From Eutreptiella sp. 'Long Island Sound 2002' (Eukaryota > Protista > Euglenida), in the NCBI GenBank assembly GCA_964036045.1, contig OZ038378.1, positions 3,844,001-3,908,000 of the forward strand: a stretch of 64,000 bases of DNA, given 5' to 3'. Made by a program: the position numbers and the translations under genes. The notes beneath the pieces are model-generated. The model saw only the letters and a list, made by a program, of their open reading frames with translations. It had not been told where the DNA came from and did no database searches. Shown here piece by piece: positions 37,774-50,759 of this stretch; position 1 is the stretch's first letter; every line of letters starts with the position of its first letter.

Positions 37774-40700
37774 ATGGATGACCCACTTTCCATGTCAGCT
37801 GAGATGCAGATGGATGAGGACCATCAAGACGATCTGAAGGAAGTGCTTGATTCTGAAGTCTTTATTGACCTGCAGCGACTGCGGGACAGTGCCCGGTGTG
37901 CAGCCGCTGCATGCCAGTGCAATGTTACCTGCACATGAAAAGCGAATCAGCAAGAACCAACTGCACGGAAAATACATTTGAAAGCAAGTCGGGGTTTCCA
38001 CATCTCTTCATTCCCCTTGGGGTATGGCCTGCAACCACAGAGGGGAGTCTGGCTCCGCCGGTCCTGGGGCACGGAGTCCCCCCCCTGTCCCCCCCCCTCT
38101 CCCAAGGGCCTTCGGCCAACAATTAGTTGCCAAAGTTACAGCATCAGGAGTCCACGGGTGCCAAAGGCACCCGACGGTCCACAGGCACGAAAGGCTCTCC
38201 AAGGAAAAATTTGCCCATGGTTGCCTGCAGCCAAAGTGATTGCTCTCCACTTTATACCCCAACACCCGCACTGCCCCCCCTGGAGGACCAAGGACCGGGG
38301 CACGTCGCACTGGCGGCTTCGGGGTATGCAGAGGATACCCAGGTGGCCACCCCAGGGGCGGCGGTGCTCCATCGCACCATGGGCACGGCCGAGGAGTGGC
38401 TGTTTGTCACAGGGCAGGACGTCCGCATGGACTAGTGTTCCTCTTGGGCACAAGGGGAGGCGGGGAGGCCGGCAGTGCTGCTCCGGGGCCCGCTGATCCA
38501 CCCCAACCCCAACCCTGGCCCTTTAGTAAATTCCATTTTATTTTTGAGGAAAAATTTTCTGATGTGGGTGGTGGGTGGGTGGGTCAAGGCAGAGGAGCCC
38601 AGGCTGCCATTCCGCCACCCCTCCCCCCCCCCCCCCACCCCTGTAACGATGGACAGAAGGCGATAACAGCCGTGGGGCAGGCACGGCCAGAGCCTAATGC
38701 AGACACTGCAATCTGACCATATTGAAGCCCCGTAACGGTAAGCCGTGGCCTCGTTGAAGTTTCCAGATCTTTTCACTCCCCTCAGGACGGGCGGGCTGGC
38801 TTCGTGGTCCTAGGGCGTGGGACCCCCTCCCCTCCCCCCTCAAGGGGGCCTCCGGCCAACAGTTTGCTGTGGGGGAACTCCGCATCCTAGCCGACCCCCC
38901 CCCCCCGCTTGCCTGCAACCTTAGCCTGATAGTGGTACCAGGGAGCAGTTTTGTTTGCTGCATCTTGTTGGAGATCGCAGTTTGAGTTATGATTTGACGG
39001 CCACATAAACCAACAGCAGTACTTGCCCCTGCCATTCGCACAATCCTCAGGAATGGAGTCCCGCCATCCATGCGCCAACAAGTTTGGAAGTATTTACTGA
39101 GAGTCAGCATTTTGGACAAATGTATGAAGTGCCATTATCTTCAGTGCTGGCAGCGCAGCTGATAAGGGTTCAACACTGCTGAAGCAGTTTGTGCACCTCT
39201 CCCCGGGGAGCCCCCCCCCCCCCCCCTGCACTCAATGCTTATGGGGCAGGGGGTTATTTGCTGGCGCCACCACATGTCTTTCTTCACTGGGTACATTCCC
39301 AGTCCTTTCTACTTGCTCTACAGTAGCCTCACAGGCTTGATGAGGACACAGTACAGGTGTTTAAGCGGTGGGCCAACGCTGTTGGTCTCTTGTTGGATGT
39401 CAAGTACCCCCGTACCCCCTCCACCTGACCCCCCCCCCCCCGGGGGGAATCATAGGATTCTAGATAAACATTTTCTTTCGGGCGCTTTGCGCCCATTGCG
39501 GCTCCTCTTAAATTGAGGCAATTTTAGCCCAACGGGGGGTTGTAGGTGGGGGGGTTGGGGAGGGTGTTATTCGAGGTTCTTTAAGTTGGTCCCGGTGCAT
39601 AAGTCGGGTATGAGGTTCGTTGCTTGGTCAACAAAGTCTGTTTCATTGACCAGGGGGTCGTACCTGCGGCACCCAGCTCCGTTTGACGTTGACAATACGC
39701 CTGTGGGGCACAATGTGCTGTTCGCGTCGCCGAAGGGGTTGGCGTATTATTCTCCACGTCTGGTAAGGGAGGGCAGAGTCAAGTCCTCTCAAGAAATGGG
39801 GGTCGTAGGATTGCCCACGTGGCACGGAAGGTATGACCGTTCCACAGTGGAGCAGAATCAAAGGGCCCAGCCACCCCCACACCCAAAGCAAGGCAAAGGG
39901 AGAAGAGAGAGGTGGGATCTGCCAGAAACATGGTCCAAAGGTTGGAGTCAAAAGGTGATCTTGAAGTGGTCACTATTAAAGCGTCCAGTGGATTTCCAGC
40001 AGCCACCAGACATGTGGATTCAACGGCATAGATTGATTCTGCCACAAGTCAAGAAGGATTTTATCCAACATGTACCCTGGACAAACTTGCCACCTGGGCA
40101 GTCGGCGGGCACATGTGTAGCCCGGGGACATTTTGTGCACCGTTGACGAGGCTATCTGAACTCATCGTCAACATTTGATATGATTCAACAGATTTTTGGA
40201 GCGCTTAAAGATAAGGATGGTAAATTGATCGAGCTGAGTTGGGTGGTAACCGATGACCCATTGTTGTCATTGGGTACCTTGCAGGGCCTCCTCTTGTAAG
40301 CAAGGTCCACGGTTCAATGGCTGTTGCAATGTGAGAAGAGGTACAGAGGGAGGGCTTGTCACACGTCTGCATTTATGGCCAAGCGGCTGTCTATCTGTTG
40401 GGCATGGCTTAGGCAACAAGAGATATCAGTTTCTAGGAATGATCTGTTTTTCTTGATTGGGGTCTTGGTGGATGGGTTTGTACCCTTTGCCCCAGTGCGG
40501 AGACAGCCTTCACGCCCTATTTTGGTCCCACTGTTGGAGGGGCGAGCATCATTGCGTGCCTTCATATCAAGATCTTTGGTAATGAGCAAGTGTACAAGCT
40601 GGCGGTGGAGGGATGCTGCCGGCACGCAGCCTATGAAGAGCGGGTTGAGGAGGTTGCGGCAGATCAGGGTGCAGTGCTGGAGGGGTTGGGTTTGTGTTGA

Positions 40701-43700
40701 ATGTCGAATCAGAGTATGTTGTCGGGAGGGACAAGGTCGGCAGCCTCCTAGGGGTCTCAAGGGAAGGCAGAGGGCGGGAGCCATGTGGGTGTGACGCAGA
40801 TTGCAACTGCTCTAAGATGCCCCACCCCTACAGAGCATACGTTACATGGGTTGTCTATTTCTGGCCGGTCACTAACCACACAATTTCGGTCACCAGGGCA
40901 AAGGAGGGCTAAGAGTAGAAGGATTTCAGTGGATTCAATGATCCCTATGCCCAGTGCCCCTTGCAGTGTGGTGGCGTGCAGATGGTTTTCCACTGCTACC
41001 TCGCTGTGTACTAAGGATCCCACTGCCCACTGTCTCCTACAACATGGCAGTGTGCTCACAAACTTCCACAGCCCACTGCCCCTTGCAAGGGGGCAGTGTG
41101 TACAGGGATTTTCATAGCCCACTGCTCTTGCTGTGTGACAGTGCAGTGAGGATTCATCTGACCACTGCCTCCGACACACTACCCTCTATAGTGTGGCAAT
41201 GTGCCACTGGATTTCTACTACCCTACACCCGAGCAGTGTGACAATGTAATGACGCATTTCCACTACCTGTTGCCCCTTGCGGTGCGGCACTGTATTGATG
41301 GATTCTACTCCCCAGAGCCCTTTGCAATGTGGCAGTATACTAGAGGATCTCACTGCCCACTGCCATCTGAAGTGTGGCGTTGCATTTGCACGGTCCCACT
41401 TACTACTACCCTAGTACTGTGGAAGGCACTGTACTAACGGACTTCCAATGCCCACTACCCACAACATACTACAAAGTCCTGCCCCTACAATGTGGTAGTG
41501 TACAAAAGGATCCCACTGTCCACTACACACATGCAATACAACAAAGGAAGGATCCCAGTGCCCGCTGTCCCAAGAGGTGTCAGTATGCTGACAGATTCCC
41601 ATTGCCAGTTGACCCCACTGTAGTGTGGTCTTGTACTGGCAGAATTTTGCTGCCGACTACCCCCTCCAATGTGGCAATGTACCGCAAGGTCCCACTACCC
41701 ACGGCTCTATGCCCCTTGCAATGTGGCTGTGTATTGAGGGATGGACTACCCAATATCCTTTCTGGTGTGGGATTGTCCTGACAGATTTCCACTGCCTACT
41801 ACCCCCTACAATGTTGCTGTGTGCTCACAAAATTCCACAACCCACTGTCCAGAGTAGTGTGGCAGTGTACTGAATGATACCACTACCCACCATCCATGGC
41901 AGTGCGACATTGTACAGCAAGATTCCATGGCCTATTGCTCCCTAAAGTGGGGCAGAATAGTGGAGCACTCTCACAGCCCACTGCCCCCAACAGTGAGTGT
42001 TTAGGGATTTCCACTACCCACTGCCCACTATGGTGCGGCTTAGTAGTGTGGCGGTGTACTGCATGTGGTGTGTTTACACTGCCCACTGCCCCTTGTAGTT
42101 CAACAGGTTGCAGAAGGATTTCCACTGCCCACTACTCCCTGTAATGTGGTAGTGTGAAGATGGATTTCCGTGCTTGTGTGTGCATGCGTGTCTGTATTGT
42201 CTGTGTGTGTGTGTGTGTGTCAGCCCACAAGGACTATGCCGGCGTGACCCGCTCCCTGAGTTCAATTTGACAAGCCCCTTTCACAAGAACTGGCAGATGC
42301 CTCCAAACCACCCACCCAACCCCGAGTGACCCCAACCCTGTCTCAGCGATTTGGGGGATTTGATTGGAAAAAGATCTTCGGTGCCTTTGGCCACCCCAAC
42401 ATTTGCTCCAGCACCTTTGGCACAGGTCAATTCAGGCCAGAAGCTGTCTGTGGTGCCTTGGGTGCCAAAGCAAACCAGGACCTTCCTTGATGCGCAAAAT
42501 GAGGTGGCCTGTACTCTCCAACCACGTACACCCCCTTCTTTACTGGAACTCTGCTTGAACCCTCACCCTGACCTGGCCCCTCAATGCAGCGGAGGAAGTT
42601 ACGCACGTCAAGCACCAGCTGGAGATGTACCATTCTTTCAGCAAGCAAGTGAGCACGACAGACACAGACATGCGGCTCGTGATGCAGGCGTGCAAGAAGC
42701 ACTACCCACGTTTGTTTGCAGACCCAAAGGCCCGTCAAAAGGTATCAGAGCTCCATCTCTAAGTGTGGCATATCGGAGGCATCAGGCGCTGTGCATGTAC
42801 TCCGCACTTTTTGTGCAATTTCTAGACCCCCAGCCAACACACAAGACACAAAGGCCACACCCAGGGGAGTACAAGGAGCGTGATATACATGTACTAATAA
42901 CAAGTACCCATAGTTTCAGGTACGTAGGTTTTGAGCACACAACGGGTGTTGTGCCCCCGTTGTGTGCTGTGCACAAACTCCCCCATCACTGAACAGGTGC
43001 TTCAAATTTATCATCCTCTAAACATCCGTTTCATCGTGGATGTGTGCTGCTTCTGCCCTGCCCCCATGTTCCAATGCTCCCAAAGGGGACACCTTTGCAC
43101 ACAGTGCAAAGTTTTTATACTGCCAGAAGCACTGGGACCCTATTTTCAAGTTTCTTTTGACATAATATGAAATCAGCAGAGCGTATGGGGGTTCCAAATG
43201 GAGTGTTGTATGTTTATCCTCTATGAGAACAGGTTTTGCAGCCAATGCTGCTCCTAACCACCAGTGGGGCCTAGTCCCAAATTTTGAATGCCTTTCGCTT
43301 GTAGGGAATCTTTCCATCCTTTTGTTTGGGCACACAGCACACCATGCAGACAAATTGTGCAGTACTGTATTGTACAGTGTTGTGCAGGATACTGGCAAAC
43401 AAGAGGAGTGTCTAGCAAACAAGAGGAGTATCTGCTCTACGTCCAGTCATGTCTAGTAGAGGTCACGGCAGAGATCGAGCGCTTGTGGACACAGTTGGCC
43501 AAGGCAAAAAACAAAGAGGGCCCTCAAATGCCTCACATTAGTGTGTTGCAGCTTGACAAGGCAGCAACAGCCAAAGGCTAGCCCTGTGACCATCCCTGAC
43601 CATTGCAAACTGGTGTGCCTATGTCACCCACGCTCCAAGGGCGTATTTCAATAGCCCAAGGAATTTGGGTGTGAACACCTAGATCACACCTAGGGACATC

Positions 43701-46700
43701 GCCAGGAACATCCCTCGCATGGCATAACTGGGACTGGCTCTACAACTCCCAAGGCCTATGCATGCCAATATGTGGGTTCCTCGAGCAGAACTAGCTCTAG
43801 GTGTGGTTGCTGCACATTGTTGACACAAGCATGGTCTGCTTAGGGTGCGGATTTCACTTAGCGCAGTGTGAAGTATCAGGCGGGTAGGGCTGTCCAACAA
43901 TGGTAGAGACAGGCATGCAAGTGGATTCCAAATTGACCGTCCTCCGGGCAAGGAATGGCGGTGCGCAAGTAGTGATTTTTGCGCGGAGAAAGAATGTGGG
44001 CATTGTCAGTGAAGTACGAGCAACTTTCAGCAAGTTTCCTGTGTGAAAAAGCTTTTGAGGGGGCCACTGCCTGCCCCGGTCTACGTGGTCTACGTGGCAT
44101 CCGGGGGGGCCAGCTCCACTGGTCCTAGGTCCCCCAACCTGCCTTGATAGCACGCTAGCACAGAACCTATGGAGTAATCTGGACCTGGGGTCACCCCCTG
44201 GTTCCCCGTATGCCACAGGGCTTACACACCAAGCACAGATGTCAGTTCACCAAGGTATGCCAGCGATAGTCAAACAGCCTCGTCGGCGCCAGCCACACCG
44301 ATGACTGAAGATTCCCCATGGCTGGGTACCCCCCGAAAACCTCCCCTGTTGCACTCCGTACACTCTTCCTCGGACGCTTATGTGAGTGGTCGACAGCGCT
44401 TGATCGACTTTTTATTAGCTACACAGCAAAGTGCATAGACTGACCCACCTGACCAGACAGCGCCCATCTGTGAGTACCATGCAGAGACTAGGTGTGTTGA
44501 CAAAATAAAGGCCAATACAAAAGGGGATGAAGTTGTTCATAGAACACATGTGATGGTGCTTTAGAACTGCCGAACATTGCTGCATATTGCATACCAGGCC
44601 GTTGCTTGCGCCCCCCCCCCTAGGGGGGCCTCCGGCCAATAGTTAGGTAGTTGGTACCGACCTCAAGAATCCATGGACACCAAAGGCACCCAACGGTCTA
44701 CAAAAGGCATGTGAAGGAAATTTTTGCCCATGGTTGCCTATAGCCGCATCGTTGCTCTCCACTTTGTACCCCAAGACTCGCCCCAACCCCAACCCTAGCC
44801 CTAGCCCTAATCAAGACTGAAAATTGGGACTGAGCTGTTGAGGAGGGAACATGATGCACACTCGCAAAATGGGCCCAACAACGGGGTAGCCGAAGGTAGC
44901 CGAAAATGGCTAAAAACCAACGATTGGAGCATCCCAAATGATTTGGGGTCATTTTTGGGAAGCCTGTTTTTGACACTCGGCTCCCCCGCTTTCGGTGGAA
45001 AAAGCCCCCCCCCCCCCCCCCCCGCCCCACATTCCCACCAGGCCCCACGTATTGCAAAGTGAGTTTCTACATTGCCCATTTCAAGGCATTTTGGGGAATT
45101 GCATGGGCCAATATGGGTCAAAAGTGGCACTTGTTTGAGCATCCCAAATGGTTCACAATTTTGGAAAAATCATTTTGGGGCACTTTTACACAGGTGACCC
45201 CTGTAACCTGACCCTAGCACGTGTGCTATGGGCACTCCGTGCTACCAATAGGGCCTCAAAGGGTGTTGACAGCATGAAAAATAATTTGCAAGTGATCCCT
45301 TCATCATTATTTATCACCACAAAGGTGCCCAACGCAATCCATGGTAGTCAAACCCAGCAAAGGAAGGTGGAATTTGAAGGAGTAGGCAAAATGGGTGCTT
45401 TTCAAGGCTGATTTTGCAGCATTTTTGGCCCAGAAAAAGGTCATTGAGCCCACTACTTGGGTGCAAAATGCACTAGACAATGGTCAAACATGTTTGTTCA
45501 TTATCTAGGTTGGTTCCCAATGCAAATGGCCCCCTCCATGGGCACGCTAGGCACCCAAACTGCCTGAATTCCCATATTCCACCCGGACCCCCATGTACTG
45601 CAATGTGAGTTCCTAAATTGCCCATTTCAAGGGTTTTTTGGAAGTTGCATGGGCCAATATGGGTCAAAAGTGGCTCAAAATGGCCTTCAATCACTTGTTT
45701 TACAACCTCAAATGGTCTTGAACAAGTTTGGACCGTTCACCACTTTTGTTACATCATTGCTCTGTGTCACATCCAGAAGGGGGGGGGGGGGGGCTCCCTG
45801 CACCTGGACCATGCAGACACTGCTCAATGTGTGGGTGCAGGTCCAGTGGCTATCCACCACAGACCTGTCTGATACATCATGGTCTTGCAGCCCCTTGGCA
45901 CATACATGTTTACCTCTTCCCCCCATCAGGGGAACACTTGTGGCAGTGCACCAGCACTGCAGGTATTCCAGTGTGATGGACAGAGTAGCATGCATCACCA
46001 AGGTCCTCTGCTGAGCTTTGATGGTGGTATTAGCTTGTTCGTAGTGGAGCATGACTGCAACTACATGTTTGTGGTAATGTGCACCATGAGGGTGGCAGTG
46101 CGCATGGATGGTAGTGGCATGTCATGAAGAGTTGCTTTTTGGTAGAAAGACTGCATGAAGTGGGTGGGAACAAAAATAGTCAATAGATCGCAGGTGATAT
46201 CCAAGGCAATAGGGATACAGGGAACACATTGGGAATTCGTAGGTCAGGCATCTTATCCCCAATGCGCCACTTTTATCATGGAGAAGGAAATGGGGCCTTT
46301 TCTGGGCAAGTAGTTCCAAAAAGCCAAAAAGGTGCATGTGTTGCAATCCCCCCCCCCAGCCCATCTGCGGGGCCAATCGTCTGATGGACGTTCTGTTGGA
46401 CCTCGTGTGTGCATAGGAAGACAGATTATCTCTGCCTTACCATCGAAGGGAGATAGCAGGCTTTCTGAGCCAGAGTGGCCAAGGATTGGACTAAAGCTTG
46501 CTTTCCTGCTTCGCATTTTGCCTTTTTTTGTGCAGGTTGAGCACGTGCTGCTGTGCTATCTCACCCCTCACAAGCAGCAACATCCGTTCTTTATGGAGGC
46601 TCTCGTGCATTTGGTGCGACCTTTTATCATTTTTGAGAATGTGGCGGATATGTACTACTGTTTTACTTCTTTCATGTCCATGATTGGTATGCCGCGTGTT

Positions 46701-48966
46701 GTGACAGGATGGAGGGTTCGGGAACAGAGCGAATTCCATGGTCAGTTTGGTGGTGGTCTGGGGCTGGGGGGGGGGGGGGGGGGACTGGCCAATGCAAACT
46801 CCGCATTTCTCCCCCCGTGGAGATCGCTTCAGTGCAGACTGTCTCGTGACTTTGTTGGTTGGTTGGACGAAGGAGGGACGACCTGGAAGAAATACGCAAA
46901 AGGAAGACTGCGCCTCTTTGTTTTTGGTTGCAGGAGGGTTCTTTACACTGGACAGTCTGCGACAATCAGTCGCCTCCTTTCTCATGTTGCTGCAGCACAC
47001 TCTTCCAGACTTGTATGTCCCAATGCCTTAGAAACATTCCACGACCTGCTGTGCTGATCTCTTATCTTGCATCCTGTGTCAACCTTGTTGCATGCTGTGC
47101 ATAGCTCGGTCGCCTTGCAGATTTTGCACCTGAAAAGCAAATGGGAGCAGTGTTCAGTCGGTCACAATTATAGACTTGTTACTGGCTGTTGGGTTTTGTG
47201 AGAAGCTGTTTGCATGGAGTGAAAGCATATGGTAGTAGGCATAGTCATGTGCAGCTTCCCGTTTGCCGTCTGCATTTTTCTATCGGTTCGGTTTCAAAAG
47301 ATCTCATACCACCAAGTTTGATTGGGTGTTGGTGCAAAGTGGTGATCCGTTTGAGTGAATGAAGCAGGTAGACTAGTCAACCTGCAGAACAACAGACTGC
47401 GATCCTTGCCCTCTTGCACACTCCCCTGTTGCATTTGTTGGTCTCTTTCACAGACACGCACATTTTGATGAGGAGCAAGTCGATGCAAATCAATGGTTGG
47501 TTGAATGGTGTGCCTTTATGTGATTGCTCTGTTCCCGTTCCCTCAAATGGCAGGTACGTCACTCGGTGTGGTGATCAGTAGTGAATTCGAAGTGAAACGG
47601 AGGATAGCAACCCATGGTCACTAGGCGATAAGCACAAAGCGCGCAATGATGAACGGTCTGGCAATGGGGACCTGAGGTGTTCAGGCCATTGACAAGGAAC
47701 GCCTCCAAACCGCAGCGGTGGCATGGTGTGAAAAGCAATTTGTGAGGCAGCCAATCCTGCACCCGAGAATTTTTCTGAATGACGATTGGGCAAAGCCCAA
47801 CGGCAGAAATGTGTGCATCACAAATCCTGAAATTTGTGCAGATATCTTGGGTGGGTGGTAGGTGCCGTGTATCCAATGCCACCCCAACACTGCTCCTCAT
47901 AGCCCCTCCTCTTAAGTGGAACCTTCTTATCTCCATCTACGCCATCGCTCCATTGCCTTGCCCATGCCTGGAGTGCCCCAAATGTCTGTGGGACTGAGTT
48001 CGCCTCACGTCACCTCTCCAAGCAGCAAGGGTGGTCAGAGTGTAATTTTTTTCTTTGGCATTTGCACAAAAAAACGTCAAATAGGGTTCGCCTCTGCTGA
48101 CAGTCAAAAGAAAAAGGACAAAGAATATTTCTGTGTTTTTTGGGCGGATCATGTGAGTGTGACGTTTTCCTCGTGATTTAAGTGGCTGAAATTCTGCAGG
48201 TCAGACCCCTGTTCTTGTAATTTGTGCCCTTTGGTCATGTGCTGTCGACAAGCTGTCTACCTCGTTGCTGCAGGTTTGCATCGCTGCTGAGCAAACAATT
48301 GCGTCTGGAGGATACGTTGCATTTGTGGGATTCCTATTTTGTGCTGGGGCCTGAGCAGGGCTTCTCTTTGCACCCGTATGTCTGTCTTGGTATGCCCGTT
48401 CCTTGGGTGCATTGTACTTTCAATTGTTCACCTCCAGCTCCATTTATGGCAATCCCGTCAGTGCTTGCTGCAGGGGCAGGGGCACCCTACCATGCACCTG
48501 TGAAGGAAAATACTGCATTCAATAAGTTCATCTGGACAAATTCTCTGCGAGTTTTTTTTTGCATATCTTGTGCGGGTTCTAAAACTTCCCCCGCACACTC
48601 TACCGACCCCTACCCTCAGTCAATACACTATTAGCAGCGAAGCATGTGCAGATGACACCCACGGGACCGCACACTTACGAGCACACCAGGGGTTGGCATG
48701 CACGATGGCAGGCGAGCATGCGACGATCAAACACCTGGGCGCTGTGTATTTCCGACCTGTTTGTGCTGGGAATGGAGCCGCCCTGAGCCAGGGCTTGTGT
48801 CGAGGCCTTTCTTATGTTGGAGGTTGGTATTGGAGGCCGCCTGTGTGGCATTGCCAATACACTGTCTGGAGCGGTGGCAAAGCGTAAGTTCCAGGCTTCC
48901 TCCTTCTTATTCTTTAGACTTGGCAAGGAATTTGTTGCATCAGCCTTTGTGTGAGTGTGTGTGTGG

Positions 48967-48997
<31 letters not shown>

Positions 48998-50759
48998 CGG
49001 TGGGGGAGGAGGGTGCGCCAGAGAAACGACACTGGAGTGCACACTCGGCGTAGAGCCTACGAGGAGGCAGTGCGTACATAGATCCCAGCAACCTGCAAAC
49101 ATCGAGACGTACGGTCTCACAGCAGGGCCATCCAAGGACGAGGCCGTTTGTGCAATGGGCCACCACCTACAGCCGCCGAGACTGAGTTGGTTGCAGACCG
49201 CAAGGGTGTATAGGCCCCCATGTGCCACTGGCAGGAAAGCTCTAGGATCTGGGGTCTCCCACAGCGACCCTATGCTCACCGGTGAATTCCTTCCTGCAGC
49301 TATTCTGCAGCAGCACCGCGAGAAGCTCTTAGACATGGACAGTGACGAGCTGCTGCGCTTTTTGAGCATACTCCCGAAGACAAACATCGATATGGTATCT
49401 GTGCCTATCCCCCCCCCTGTCTGCCTCTGTGTGTTGTCCCATTTGCAAGCCGCGCCCCATGGTAGCCCCATGGTAGGGGTAGCGAAGAACTCCCAAACAG
49501 ACCTGTTTCGCACGTGTGCCATTGCCTCTGGTGCAATGGGGCTGTTTCTTTCTGCGCAGCAAAACGTGGAAGTACATTTGATGTCCTACTTGACGGCCTG
49601 TGTGTGACCATGGTCCAATTTCTGGAGCTTTGTCTGCAAATTTTTACGGCGCTTCCGCCGTAAAATCAGTTGTTCCCAAACCCCTTTGTTTTCCAGGAAA
49701 CCGGAGTTCCACATTTCAAGACAACGCCCCCAGCAACTCACTCGTGCGTTCCTTTTCTTTTTCTGTACTGTTATTTATCATCTTCTCTGCACTTGCTCCC
49801 ACGTGCTCCTACATTTTACGGCGCTTCCGCCGCAAAATTTCTGGCCAAAAATGAAGGATATTGATGGAATGGCGGGGGTTAGGACCCTGGGACGTAAAAA
49901 GGGGTGCAAATGTGCTCGGCGCGCCCACGGCACCCCCGCAAAGCATGCGCATAGTGCACCGCGAGGTCATGGGAATGACTGAATGGGAAGCATGACGGCG
50001 GCGGCATGGGAGGGGGAGGGGAAGAATGGACAAAGGGAGGGGAAGAATGGACAAAGGGAGGGGAAGAATGGACAAAGGGAGGGGAAGAATGGACAAAGGG
50101 AGGGGAAGAATGGACAAAGGGAGGGGACGAGGACAACTGGGGCAGGAAGGCAGCGCCATGTGGATTGGTATTGCTTGTGTTGAAGTCTCTCCCCCAAGAC
50201 GCAGATCAACGGTAGCTGCCCGCCGACCTCTCTTCCGCATGCAAAGCACCAGGGCGGTCCTTAAGGGACCAGATTTTTTTTTTTTTTGCTGAGGACCGCC
50301 CTTAATGACCACCCCAAGGGACCACCAACCGCCAACCGCCACCAACCGCCGCCAACCGCCAGCGGCGACCAACCGCCAACTGCCAACCGCCACCAACCAC
50401 CAATCACCAACCACCAACCGCCGCCAACCACCACCAACCGCCACCAACCGCCAGTTGCCAACTGCCAACCGCCAACCGCCGCCAACCGCCAACTGCCAAC
50501 CGCCACCAACCATGGTTGAGCACATGGAGTGCCCGCGGGCTTTTTTGGGAAAACTGGTTCCGGAACACTTTTTTTTTCCCCGTTAAGGACCGCCCTGCAA
50601 AGCACCATGAGGCTGTCTCTTGTTGCACTCCTGTCCTAAGCAGCAACACCGTTCCACGTCCTGCATGCTGTGCCCTGGGTATGCACTGCTGATCGTGTGC
50701 AGGTGATCCGCGGCGCTTACAACATTCGGGAGTTTGTCAGCTCCAGGGAATTACTGTGA
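37774..50759 (+). CDS. TBC-domain (Rab-GAP family) protein, 298 aa; exons 37774-37895, 39051-39121, 42590-42741, 46536-46686, 46934-47012, 47454-47507, 48274-48389, 49300-49394, 50703-50759
   Basis: All eight introns are GT-AG and phase-compatible, and the exons sum to 897 nt. Spliced product: EVFIDLQRLRDSARNGVPPSMRQQVWKYLL...HFDEEQVDANQWLVEWFASLLSKQLRLEDTLHLWDSYF...LHPYVCLAIL...AYNIREFV. Confidence 0.9.
40940..42160. repeat. Long degenerate satellite-like repeat (CCCACTGCCC / GCAGTGTGGCAGTGTAC motifs) in TBC intron 2
   Basis: Motifs recur about every 40-60 bp over 1.2 kb. Confidence 0.75.
48948..48993. repeat. (GT)n microsatellite
   Basis: Read directly. Confidence 0.95.
50014..50127. repeat. 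21-bp minisatellite x5
   Basis: GGGAGGGGAAGAATGGACAAA units. Confidence 0.95.
50250..50597. mobile_element. hAT-type MITE, 15-bp TIR CAGGGCGGTCCTTAA, 8-bp TSD CAAAGCAC, internal (CCAACCG)n
   Basis: TSD at 50242-50249 and 50598-50605. It lies in the last TBC intron. Confidence 0.93.

Noticed and set aside
38379-39050. MGTAEEWLFVTGQDVRMD as the TBC first exon, needing a nonconventional or 31-nt micro-intron
   Set aside because: The exon at 37774-37895 (EVFIDLQRLRDSAR) joins 39051 by a normal GT-AG phase-2 intron and fits the family better.
39586-40794. Retroelement RT/RNase H in TBC intron 2
   Set aside because: No diagnostic motif could be confirmed in any frame.
49809-50649. GGW/PPTA/GGEEWTK repeat ORFs
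   Set aside because: They are minisatellite and MITE interior lying within a TBC intron.
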